64,000 bases of DNA from Tubulanus polymorphus (GCF_964204645.1 NC_134029.1:3658001-3722000), one strand, 5' to 3'; shown: positions 1-11,507, counted from the first letter of the stretch. Numbers and translations are program-made. Notes: a model not told the origin generated them from the sequence alone.

Positions 1-3000
1 CAAAACCAATCGTTTTGTTCGTTTAAGGCTCATTTAGATTACGTAACAAATGGAATGGTTATGTGTAATCGGTCTAATCCTACTGGAAAAATGACGATGT
101 TCAAACTTTCAATGCATGTTGAATACGACACATTCGGCATACGACGAAATGCTTACATCACTATTAGAGATTACGATGATCTGACCAGGGTATGATAATA
201 AGAATTTTAAAAATTAGAGAATATTATTTTTCTGATTTGACAATGCTTGTCTAAAAATCAAGTTGCGTTATAGGTCATGTGGCTATATGCCAATCTCTGC
301 AACCGATTTTACCGCTGGTTTGAGCTGGTTAGTGTTATCTACGAGCAATTATCTAACTATCTAGTTAGATAATTGCTCGTAGGTGTTATCTATGCATGAC
401 TTATGACATGATCTACTACCCTCGATTAATTACCCGTCTTTCAGGTTCGTTATTGGTACGCGAATGGACCCACCCCTGAAACAAGAATAACGCCGAGAAA
501 AAATATCTGCAACATTTCCTACACTTTACCACCGACCAAAGTACTCGTAGTAATAGTGAGTGAAATATCCAAGAAATTATTCATTGAGACAATATTTAAG
601 GCTATCATAAAAACCCCTAAACTAGTGATTCAATGATAACTATAAGCTCTGTCTGTGATCCTGACGTTTCATCCCTTCTTCAGAGTTTATTCAAAATGAC
701 AGTAGATAGATACAGATAGTAAGTTTGATAAGCCGCACTGGTAAGCTCTCCTGAAGGGAGATTGATAGAGGTCAGGATCACAGAACTTATATTTATTCAC
801 TAGGGTTTTTAAGACTGCGACTAAAATCTAAATTAAAACTTCGATACTTAAGCCTGATTTTTACCAAATATTTTGAGCAGGACGAACCATTTGTTTATAT
901 GCTGGACGATGAATTTGGTAGGTTGAAGGGAAACGATAGATTCAGCGGCATATTTGTCGAGTATTTTGAGTTGGTGGCTGAACATGTTCGTAAAAACTAC
1001 GGCTTGAAATTTCATTACGAGTTGGTGCACAAACCGGGCCTCGATTACGGACGATACGAGAACGGGACGTGGAACGGTGCCGTTGGTGAAATACTATCCG
1101 GTAGATATGAGGTAATGAGCATGAAATGGGTGTTGTTTTCCATTGAAGAAAAACCCACAGTACGAAGTGAGCTAAAAGAGGGCGTTTCGACTCAAATGCT
1201 ATGAGCTTTTGTTAAAATGGCTCTAAAATGGCTCGTGGCGTTCGAGTCGAATCGTCAAAATCCTCGAATAGTTTTACTTCGTATTGGAGGTTTTTTCTTC
1301 AGTTGAATAAGAAATTCGCGTGACTGTGGAAGCCAACACTTTCCCTCAATCTCCCATGAATAGTAAAACGATGGCACTAGTAGTTCACTTATGTAATGAT
1401 GTAAGACTTCGATACGCGAACGGAAATGCTGTAAAACGATACTGCAATCTGCAAAAGAATTTCTACTCGTTAATAGTGAATATTCAAATCAACATCTATG
1501 TTGATTATGGATATTGTATTATGTAATTATGTAATTAAGTTTTAGCGGAGACGCAGAACCGACTTGATTTGAATACGAATATTTTGTGTTTTGATTGTTT
1601 CAGATAGTATTAGCGGCTATAAGTAAAACATATTCGCGAATGGAAGTGATATCGTTCACGCCTGGAATTGTGAGCGACGGTTTAACGTTCATTTACCGAC
1701 CGCATCACGAAGCAACGAACTTCTACTATTCGTTCTTGAAACCACTCGGATATTTCGCCTGGCTCGTCGTCATTTCCGGCATCGCGTTGACCGCATTTAC
1801 GCTACGCATATTCTATAAACTGAATCCAACTCACGAAGAAATCGACGCCGAGCATCATTTTACGATGCGATACTGTTTATGGTACGGCTACACGACGTCT
1901 TTGCGGTTGGGTGCCCCGATGACGCCGACCACTGTCCCGATGCGCTTGTTCACCTTTTTCGTAATGTTTTTCGCTATGGTTGTCATAAGTTCGTACACGG
2001 GAAACATGGCCAGTTTTCTGACCGAGGAAACCTTCCTGGATCAGCTAGATAATTTATCGCAATTAGCGACGCAGACGAAGTTTGCATACGGTTTCGAAGT
2101 AGGAGGTACGGACGACATGTTCTTCGCCAATTCGAAAGATCCAGCTTACAGTAAAATGAACGCACATATGCGTAAACATAACACGACAGTCGAAAGCATC
2201 GAAGCCGGAATCGATAAAGCGATGAACGAAGATTACGTGTTCATAACGCAATCGATCGGTGTCAATTATTTCAAGGGTAAGACCTAGACGAAGCTAGTTA
2301 AGTGGCTGGTAAACAGCTCCCGAATGATCATTTAATTCACCTAAAAGGCGAAATAACTCGTTATCTACCGGTACTTCGGAGATAGCGATTCGTTTAAAAG
2401 AGTTTCACGATTGCTCCAGAAATGCCTTATATTTCCAGCGTTGAAGAAGTACTGTAAACTGAAAATGGGCGAGGGACGGATATCTATACACGAGATTGCG
2501 ATACCGATGGCGAAAGATTCTCCTTACGTAAAACCATTATCGGACGCAGTCAGAGAGATCCGTGGGTCACATCAGAGCAGAGATATAATCAACTAGTAGG
2601 TATAGAAAGAGTTACGGGATCAAAACCACGTGTGTGACTGTCCTGGTATCGCAATGGAAATGTCGTTAGCCTGTTCATTTGAATTTCCTAAATCACTGTT
2701 CTCTATTTGTGCTTATTTCTATAGTTGGTTGCACGGTAAAGATCCATGTTTGAAGACGGAGAATGTCCTACCGAAACAGATCAGCTACGCAAATTTCAGC
2801 GGCGGGTTCATAATGCTCGGTATCGGAGTCGGAATCTCATTTTTAGCGTCGGTTATCAAACGCGTTTTGATACGTTTCAATTTGTGTTCTCGAATCATAC
2901 ACCCCAAACCAGAACGGAATCCTCCGGGTAAAGCGCCGTCGATACGGCGAAATCAAGTGGGCGACGCGATTGAAGTGAGATTACCCACGACGACCCAGCC

Positions 3001-3040
3001 TGGTTTAACGGGTAGATTAGAATCGGTCACGAAATTCTAG
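1..3040 (+). CDS. Divergent ionotropic glutamate receptor-family (iGluR/IR-like) subunit, 5' end outside the window. Exons <1-189, 445-555, 881-1111, 1604-2276, 2439-2595, 2725-3040
   Basis: GT-AG exons join in frame (1677 nt). S1 motifs DEPFVY, YGRYENGTWNGAVGEI, AISKTYSRMEVISFT; M1; pore loop LWYGYTTSLRLG; M3 SSYTGNMASFLT; S2 and NYWL..C; M4 NFSGGFIMLGIG. YDTFGIRRN in the first exon resembles the end of an amino-terminal domain. Confidence 0.9.
339..382. mobile_element. 44-bp perfect hairpin with 7-bp flanking direct repeat (micro-MITE or transposon footprint)
   Basis: ctacgagcaattatctaacta-tc-tagttagataattgctcgtag (21-bp arms); gtgttat at 332-338 and 383-389. Confidence 0.7.
609..810. repeat. 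Imperfect long inverted repeat, probable Penelope-like retroelement remnant
   Basis: Arms aaaaacccct..ctagtga..tataag..tctgtgatcctgac and gtcaggatcacaga..cttata..tcactagggttttt; the minus strand at 661-683 reads CTGAAGA-agggat-GAAAC-gtcag (hammerhead-like core). Confidence 0.55.
1143..1302. repeat. Imperfect long inverted repeat, probable Penelope-like remnant
   Basis: ttgaagaaaaacc..tacgaagt..cgtttcgactc is mirrored by gagtcgaatcg..acttcgta..ggttttttcttcag; inner ggctc..gagtc-gaatcgtc resembles hammerhead stem II plus GAAAC. Confidence 0.55.
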
Positions 3041-3542
3041 GTATCGGTACTGCAGCAGCATTTTGGTTACGGCAAACAACGAACAAGACATCCACAAAAC
3101 TTCGATAATACTCATGTACACTATCTGGTCGAATAAAATCTCCCTTTGCAATTAAAAGTAGATTTTTGTCTGAATTCTGTTATGGATCTGTTTCACAAAA
3201 TTGTGATACCTAACTACAGTCCAGATTTGGTTGAATCCCCACGTTATCTACTGGTGGAACTCAAAACATACGATATAGGCCGGGAAAATCTTCGTTGGTA
3301 ACAACGATAAGGCCCTGATTTATCTCTGAAGACCTTCGGCCCTTCTTTTGTGTTGCGCATGTAATCACAGTAGGCAATAACATAACTATATATTATTAAT
3401 CGTATCGCGTATTTAAAGTATGAATAAGCGAAAAATTCGGGTCAGTTTATTCATGGTAAATTTGGCAAAGTAATTACACTATAAGTATTGCTATATACGT
3501 ACGAACAGTGTGTCATTCAGCTGCAGTGGCTTGTATCTAAAT

Positions 3543-5693
3543 ATGGATCAAAAAAGATCATTGTTAATCGTCGCAACCTTCGTGGTTTTCTGCTATAATT
3601 ATGGGGTGAGTATTGATGCATTATTGAAACTAGTGAAATCATGTACTGTATTTCCTGAAGTTATGTTTGAATGTCATGTGTAACGTATATCTTATATAGG
3701 AAGCAACTGAAAACACGATTTGTTCCGAAGTTGAACTGCCGACAATCGTAAGATTAGAAGTTTCTCGATTCGAGGTCGGATCCGGCGCGTCCATCATAGT
3801 CGATTTGAACATTCAACGCGGAGGTGACGTTAAAGTGAAATGGTTTCGTCAACAGGAAGAAACGTCGTATCTCGTTGCGGATACAGGTACTTATCTCAGA
3901 ACATATTATTTAGATTTATTATATCTCTAACTCTGATATTTTACCAACTTATACGCAGTTGTACAATGACGGTTGTACAAGTAATTCAAGGGTGGATCCG
4001 ACTTGCGCACTTGCATTGAGTACTGCTCACATTTAGATTTCTTTAGAAATCCTCAAATCAGCAGAGGAGCCAGGGGTCCTTGTACTGAAAACTCCGACGC
4101 GAGGAGAAGCATTCTTTCGCATCTTGATTATGGCCGTAATACAAAGCTGAATAAAAGGAAAAATACCAAAAGTTTGCAAATTCTTTTTCCCGAGTACCGC
4201 TCGAGCAATATGAGTGGTAGGTTGGATCCACCGCTGAACATATATTTGATGGGATCATTATTACACCAGCATTCCAGTTCAATCTGTTTATCCATTACCA
4301 TTTATTCAACTATTTTCCTTCTATTTGCTTCCAGTAAATACGCAATCGTTTGAAATAATTCGAGGCGGAAATCGCCGAGCGAGATTGCACGTGAATTCGG
4401 TTAAATATCGAGACTTGAAAGAGACACATATCCTTGAAATAGCTCCGCGTTCATCGTGCGCCGATGTATCAACGAGAATCATTATCGTTCACAAACAAAC
4501 CTATGTCTCTAATATTCGTCTTCCCACGATAAAAGACGTCAGCGGTAAATTTGTTCTTTCGGAAAACGTCGACAAATCATGGAGACTGTCGGCAACTGTC
4601 GTCGTACACGGAGTGGAGAAGTATTTGGGACGTTACTCGCGGCCGCCACGCATAGGCGCTAATTCCTGGAGAAAGATTATCAACAGAGATGCTTCTCCTG
4701 TCAATAGACGCCACTTTGAACCAAATGGCGCCAAATACAAACACACGAAAGCCGAAGAATGGATTTCCGAATCCAGTTATCAAATTTGGCGTATTTTAGA
4801 TGTTACAAATGCGACTTGGAATGAAGCGGGCATGTACAGTTTTGAGTTCAATCATGGTTTTACCGGGGGATTCAGGTATACAGTGCGTGTTTTTAGTGAA
4901 ATAGAATTACCAACATATCCCGGAATTCTACACGGAATGTATGTGCAGTCGTGTTCCGGTCACGTGCCACACATTGACGGATCGCTGCCGATCAGGAAGA
5001 ACTATGACGACTGTATAATGTGCCGTATTTCCGGGTATCCGAGACCTTATATCCGGTGGTCACGACACAGCACCCAGACTGGTGTCTACCGTCCATTCGC
5101 AGCGAGTGATGTTTCGACGCCCGGCCACTCGTACAGAACCGACACTCAATACATCCAAGGCGACACACGCTATATGGGCCGTTACAAATGCGAAGCTGGG
5201 TACAACAAACCGATCCTAAGTGTTACTTATAAAGTGGCAATTTTTGAACCGATCAAGTTCCTCTTTTCGAGTTCTTCATCGGTGATACTACTGGGTCAAA
5301 GTCAGGTATATATGAGTTAGATACTTTTTTCTATGTTCGTGTATTCGGACTTGACATTTTAATGATTTCTTTTCTATATCTTTACAGATACAATTCGTAT
5401 GCAACGCTTCCGGTGACCCATTGCCAAATATCTCGTTTTATAAAGGCCCCACGTTTTCCGAGCTTCCCGTGGACCATACGACGAAACTACCCTGGTTGCG
5501 AGTCGTTCCGTTTGCAACTAGAGTTTCTATTCAAATACGAAAAGACAGACGAACGATGACGTCAGTGGGTATTATGACCTTGAACTATCCGGGGGACGAG
5601 GTCGTTGGAAGAGGTCAGTGGGATTACAAGTGCGTCGCTTCAAATCACTACGACCGCAAGTTTAGGACGATGTCGATACAGGCAGATTTTTGA
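3543..5693 (+). CDS. Secreted multi-immunoglobulin-domain protein (~508 aa). Exons 3543-3605, 3700-3886, 4335-5305, 5388-5693
   Basis: Signal-peptide-like exon MDQKRSLLIVATFVVFCYNYG; I-set motifs CRISGYPRPYIRW..GRYKCEA and CNASGDPLPNISF..DYKCVASN; joined exons total 1527 nt in frame; AATAAA overlaps the stop; no TM helix seen. Confidence 0.85.
3987..4236. mobile_element. MITE-like element with CA(G/A)GGTGGATCC-type terminal inverted repeats
   Basis: caagggtggatcc ... ggatccaccgctg; a related end ctggatccgcccctg occurs at ~46667-46681. No clear TSD. Confidence 0.5.
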
Positions 5694-6226
5694 ATAAAAC
5701 TCTGAAGTTGATGCGAAGATGAGAAATCTCATCATTTAAACTAAGTTGACTTCACACCAGACTATCCTCTGTATACCACCAAAGCCGACGCTATCTTACT
5801 GATCAAATAAACTGTCTGAAATTTACCGGTGTAACAATTTATCAGATTTTTAATTTAGTGGTCGCCGATGCGGAAGGCAAATTTACGATCTGTTTGGCGA
5901 TTCCGATGTTTCTATAATTACTGTCACATAATTTAAGGCCAAGGCAATATCGCAAACCACACAGTGTTGATCATCTTGTGTACTTTGCCATAAACCAATG
6001 ATAATATGCGTCATTAATTTTCGGACGTGGGTCTTTCAGACGCTTGTGTCAGTTGCAGAGTCGTCATAATCGGAATTAATATAGGCTTTGATATATCTCG
6101 ACCTTGATTGTGCAACTGGTCTGCCTAAGTCTACCCTTGGGGCAATCATTTTGTCCGCCAGAATAACTGCAAGGACTACCGTCATATTTCTCCAGAAATT
6201 GGATGTTGTATATATTTATTCGTGTA

Positions 6227-6600
6227 TTGAATTGAATTGAATGCTTTATTTTTCAAATATAGCCTACAGCATAATGTACATACATGCAAAATACAAAATA
6301 CAGTTAACTAGACATGGAGTGGGCCTGTTGAAAACAAGAAATAGATTATATAAAGCAGTTCCCTCATTAAAGAAGTGAAGAAGAAAAAGAGAAATGTTAA
6401 AAACTCAAACTCGCTCTCAGTCAACCCTCAAATACACAACATGCACACTTCGAATTTAAAAATATATAAATGATATTTGATGGTGTCTGTAACCTGTTCA
6501 GTTAAGCCTGAATGTGATGTAGGTAGGCTGTTTCAAGAGTACAAGTTAATCGGGTGAAGCATGGACTCTAAAACAGAGTCCATTGGTGAAGTGAAGTAAG
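6227..6600 (-). mobile_element. Degraded non-LTR retrotransposon (LINE) 3' fragment
   Basis: The minus strand has AATAAA followed by a (TTCAA)n tail at 6227-6250, and an upstream tga-aac-agc-cta-cct (*NSLP) matching the WNSLP motif near LINE ORF2 C-termini. Confidence 0.45.
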
Positions 6601-7799
6601 CAATTAAATACCCTGCCGTTAATAGATCGTATGATGTAAACAGAGTTTGTATCAATATTGCGCTCGCGCGCGCGCGGTGCGAAATATCCATGCACCATTT
6701 ATACATCGTATTATTGTTTAACCTGTCGTCTTCGGGTTTGAGAGTTAAGCGAACAAACACACACGGCGAACGAACGACTAACAATGATGGATGTCAACGT
6801 TCCCGACGACAAAACGTGCTAGATCCGAAGTTATCGGCTTAGTTCATCAGCATCAGGTTCGACCGAAAGCAAACCGAATACCGATAACCACAAGGTAAGG
6901 AATGTAAAATCTAAATGAAATCTGTTCGTAAACTGTCTAGACATTTCAGAATTTTTGATTTAGTCTGAGTTTGACTTATAATCGAAACTAGTCATTTCAT
7001 AGTATAACATAATTTTATTATTTGGCTAAGAATTGTGAAAATCCTTACGCATCACGAGAAATTTCAAAAACGTCATTTTTGCTGCTTCATTTCAAACTAT
7101 TTAGTCCTTACATTCAGGTATAAATGAGTTAAATTTATTTTTCATAACGTATTTTTTAAATAAATGCATCTTTTTGAATCTACAAATCATAAAAGTCTAG
7201 AGAAGTCTTGACTTCGATACACCATGATTGAGTTAGATGACTTACACGCGGCTGTATTCAGTGTGTCTGATCACGTAACAACGCTCGTTATGAAGCCTAC
7301 GGGAATAAAGTACCATTATTCAATCAATTCTGGCGATTCTAGACGAGATAATGTGACAAATATTCCTAGGGATGATACATCCCCCAGATTTATACAGCTA
7401 TTTAAGGACACTTTCGCCTCTGCGCAGATAATACGCATTTTCGCCTAGAACAAGACAGTGATTGAATGAACAGTTAATATCGATTCGATATTGCGACAAA
7501 ACTGCTGGAAGTTAATTATTCAGTATATTGACTAAAGTTGGTTTAGAAATTTAGCATATATCAACTTACCAGGTTACTGCGACTGGCAGGTTTTATTTGA
7601 CTCAACATGAGTTCATTTGGAATTAGTCCATTACCTTCCATCGATGTCATAATAATTCAAATCATTATGTAAATAGTAATTTAATCTGTTATGGTTTCTT
7701 GTAGAAATTAATAACTAATAACTAGTACAAGCTGGGACAAAAATACTCAAAACTAACATCGTTCAGTTTTTCAGGAGCTAAGGTTTGAAATTTGCTACG

Positions 7800-9587
7800 A
7801 TGTCTGTCCGTGGTGACGATCTGGAAACTTCGTCTTATGTCGAAGCGATCGAGCATCGCACCGAAAAATCACTTCTCATCGATAACTTCCAAGATTGGTA
7901 CAGAATTCTCACGCTCGATGACGTCATGGCATACGACACGCATAAAGCTATGTACGGAGAACAAGCGATGAAGTCTTTCATCAATAATAAGTTCATTTAC
8001 AACGACCACAATAACCTAACACCATCCGGTACTGTATTCACGATTCCGTTGATAATGGCCGCTTGCAGCGGGTCCGTAGGTGTGTTAAAGCGCCTCTTGG
8101 AGGACGGCGCCGACACTACTGCATCGGAGAAATTTGACTGGAATGTTTTACACTGTTTGATAAGAACTGTCGCAGAGGAACTCAAACCAGAGGACGATCT
8201 TCTGAAAAGTTTGGAAATCATTCTCGAGCATGTCTCCGCCGAGACCAGGTATCGATTGATCATGTCTACGGATGGCGATAATTTCAAACCGATCGAACTT
8301 TCGGCGAAACTCGGAACTTACGGTATATTCAAACGCCTATTGAATTCAGACGCGTACGCCAAGAAATGTGACGTCATCGGTCTCCGACGTTACGTAGAAT
8401 ATGACGTCACTGAGTACGAAAATTTCGAAGATTATGCGCGGGAATTGCGCTCGCCACTGCGCATGCTCCTTTACGTCACTATCGGGCAGACGGCGACTTT
8501 GGAGCGGTATCGTATTTTAGAAATGCCCGTCATTCAACAATGGGTAAAACGTAAAACCCTACAGAACGTTCCGTATCTATTTTTCTGGTTCATCATACGC
8601 TTTCTAATTCTGGTCGCAATGCTCGCACTGCAACCGGTCGCTATGGTGGAAAAGAACTGGCTCTTTTACAAAGCGCTGTGGCCGAACGTTACATCGGTAA
8701 ACGGGACTATTCAATGTTCAGGTATGCCGATCGTTGCGGAATATGAAGGTTTTCTTGACCTGACTTTGGAAATGATCGATGTTTTCTTCATATTCGTTAT
8801 CGTCGATATTGTTGAGATCGTATACAGATTGTGTCATCGAGATTTCCGTACCGTGCGATCTGTACGCGTGAAAAACACCGACCGATCGAACTATCTTGTT
8901 AAAACTCATTTCTACCGCGTCAATCAATTCATTCTGTATTTTGTCAGTCAGGTCGGTAAATTTGCTATAACTCACGGTGGTGCAGGTCTCATTCCTCTGG
9001 TAATCAACCCAGATAAGTATAATACATGTAGCGGGCTTTTCCACGAAGCAGCAGCGTATCTATTTCGAGCTTTAAAAGCGCTTTATTTGCCATTCGTCCT
9101 CTTCAGTATCCTCTACCTGACTGAATGGTTACCTTTCATCGGTACGTTTTCGATAGATCTGCGCTGTATGATGGCCGTGATGATAAAGTTTAGCACGCTG
9201 ACGTTTTTTGTACAGTGTATCTACGTTACGTACGTGGTGACCGTTAAAGAAATGGCCGTCTACAAAAGTCTGGACGCTTTCTACAAAGTGTTTCTCGTAC
9301 AAATCGGAACGAGCGATTTCAACGGCCCGAAGCCGGCCCTTGACATTCGATTCGTCCACGTTATCTATTATTACACGGCTTCAGTGCTGTTGGTTAACTA
9401 TCTTATAGCCATAATGACGTCACACGCTAGTCGCAGTAACGGTCAGAAAATGCACATGCAACAATTGAGACGTCTGGATGCGGCTTTCCTGGCAGAAGAT
9501 CGCTTTGGTCGATGGGCACAAAAGGCTTATCGCATGATCACTAAACGACAGTCGGGTGATGTTCGGATCTGCGTCATCGATCCGTAA
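7800..9587 (+). CDS. Divergent TRPV-like cation channel (ankyrin repeats plus 6 TM), intronless CDS, 595 aa
   Basis: Ankyrin-like PLIMAACSG, NVLHCL, KPIELSAKLG; YDVTEYE..SPL linker; LEMPVIQQWVKRK pre-S1 helix; pore VFLVQIGTSD; S6 LLVNYLIAIM. In-frame stop at 7779 precedes ATG 7800. Confidence 0.85.
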   Translation: MSVRGDDLETSSYVEAIEHRTEKSLLIDNFQDWYRILTLDDVMAYDTHKAMYGEQAMKSFINNKFIYNDHNNLTPSGTVFTIPLIMAACSGSVGVLKRLLEDGADTTASEKFDWNVLHCLIRTVAEELKPEDDLLKSLEIILEHVSAETRYRLIMSTDGDNFKPIELSAKLGTYGIFKRLLNSDAYAKKCDVIGLRRYVEYDVTEYENFEDYARELRSPLRMLLYVTIGQTATLERYRILEMPVIQQWVKRKTLQNVPYLFFWFIIRFLILVAMLALQPVAMVEKNWLFYKALWPNVTSVNGTIQCSGMPIVAEYEGFLDLTLEMIDVFFIFVIVDIVEIVYRLCHRDFRTVRSVRVKNTDRSNYLVKTHFYRVNQFILYFVSQVGKFAITHGGAGLIPLVINPDKYNTCSGLFHEAAAYLFRALKALYLPFVLFSILYLTEWLPFIGTFSIDLRCMMAVMIKFSTLTFFVQCIYVTYVVTVKEMAVYKSLDAFYKVFLVQIGTSDFNGPKPALDIRFVHVIYYYTASVLLVNYLIAIMTSHASRSNGQKMHMQQLRRLDAAFLAEDRFGRWAQKAYRMITKRQSGDVRICVIDP

Positions 9588-10236
9588 AATGTCTTTGATG
9601 AATAACCTTAATTACCTACTACGGGTTGGATCGCAGAAGATACCCCAAAAAATCTCGCCAAACTCCCATCTAATGCGGCAGGGGGCGGTGGGAGGTCGAT
9701 ATAGTATATCCTGTCAAGTGGTATGATATTCGTAGCCTACATAAAATTGGGAGTTTAGCAAACGACGTTTCTTCCTAATATGTTGCATTTTTTCCACTTT
9801 GATTTGATCAATACCATTTTGATTTATTACAAACTACGTTTCTACAACCGAAGAGCGGGGTCGTTCCAGTACATGATATGCTTTGAAGGGTAACAGAAAG
9901 TGCCAGAGAAATCCGATGAATTACTGAACACCTTTTCTCCATTCACGTCAAGAACTCTATACAAAAAATGAACCAGATAGAATATAAAAGATAAGATATG
10001 TGTTAACTTATCATTTCATTTCTTATCTTCTTGTCCAAAATATTAACGCATACAATATCAGGTCGGACATTTTGTTATCTTATATCAGTGATAATTTATG
10101 AAGTATCTTTACAATATGATAACGCTTGCTTGGTTAATTAGATTAAATATTTGATCTCACTGTCCAGAGAATACACTAGAATAGAAAGTAAACTAGCTCT
10201 TCATTTCCTTTTGACGAGATATTACAGTAATATAAA

Positions 10237-11264
10237 TTAATACTCGGTCTTTGGACGTTTTGCAAGATAGGCAGAAATGTTGGGCAATTTGGCGACGCGA
10301 TCCTGAAGCGCGGTAACCGTCGGGTATGTCTTGAGCAGGTTATCAACTTCGGGCCAGTTCAATCCTTGTAGCCTTTCAATAGCAACGAACGCGATCATAT
10401 CCGCCACAGACACCTGAAAATAACATCGAACATTGTGGATGCGTTCATCGAGTAAATCTTTTAAGTTTGTTCACTGTAGCTCAACTTACCGTTCCCCCAG
10501 CCAAAAAGTCATTGTCTCCAAGAATGGTTTTCAGGGCGTCCAGAAGTCTTGGGAATTCAGCCGTGATCAAATTCTCTTTAACTTCTTGCTAGAAATGCCG
10601 ACAGAAATACATTTATACAAACGAACTAACAACTAACTCTTAGAAATTACAATTTTACAAGTTTCTAGCGTTTTCTCGACCTTTTTCGTTTCGTTTTTCT
10701 CATAACGTTGTTTTGAGTCATTGTTCAGGATATCATATGACATATAGTAAGCCTCGTAGACTTTGGCCATTTCCAGGTTATCCTTTCCTTCCAAACCTAT
10801 AATGATTCATAAATGGGTTAAAAAACCATTCTCATTGGTGTTATTGCATATAGATATCATGAAAAATGAGCCTACCAAATTCTCTGGCAAGATATTGTAC
10901 AATAGCTTGACTCTGAGCGATAGGTTTACCGTCGATTTCGAGGATTGGTAGTTTCTGAAAAGGAGTCTCTACAAAAAATAACAAAACAATCTTGATGATA
11001 CTAAAAGTACACAGCACAATGCATTGCGAATACAGTGTATATAGAATGTTCCTGGTTAGTGAACATACAGTTATATGCATTAGAGAAACTATCACTCTTA
11101 ATTACAACATACTAACCCTTTTTCAGCTTCGGCCATGCCTCTGGATCAACCCATGGTAATGGTATACGGCGGTCCTCGTATTCGACCCCGGCTTGAGCGA
11201 ATAACAAACGGGGCACTTCTCCCAAACCGGTGAGGTTAAAGTAGATCAGTGTGTACTTCGGCAT
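10237..11264 (-). CDS. Glutathione S-transferase, sigma-like, copy 1 (210 aa). Exons 11264-11117, 10968-10876, 10796-10681, 10588-10490, 10413-10237
   Basis: [87 protein letters not shown]; all introns GT-AG and in frame. Confidence 0.93.
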
Positions 11265-11507
11265 AGTGGCTGATAGATACAGTCGATGTTGAACGTTTGA
11301 CTGTCTGGCGCACGACTGACTAGTAATTCAACGTGACGTCAATATAGCACAAATAATACCGAGTATCATGCGTTAGTCGAACCTGACTGCGCGACACGAG
11401 GCATAAAAGCCAGACCAGACAAAGATAACAATCGACAGATGTTTTCTGTTCTCTGAAGGTTATTTTCTAGTTGTGAGCTAAATATGCAAAGCGCGTAGCC
11501 CGAGTGT

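Noticed and set aside
2594-2599. Apparent premature TAG TAG in the receptor gene
   Set aside because: A GTAGGT donor at 2596 splits the codon; splicing to 2725 gives NYWLHG in frame, so this is not a pseudogene.
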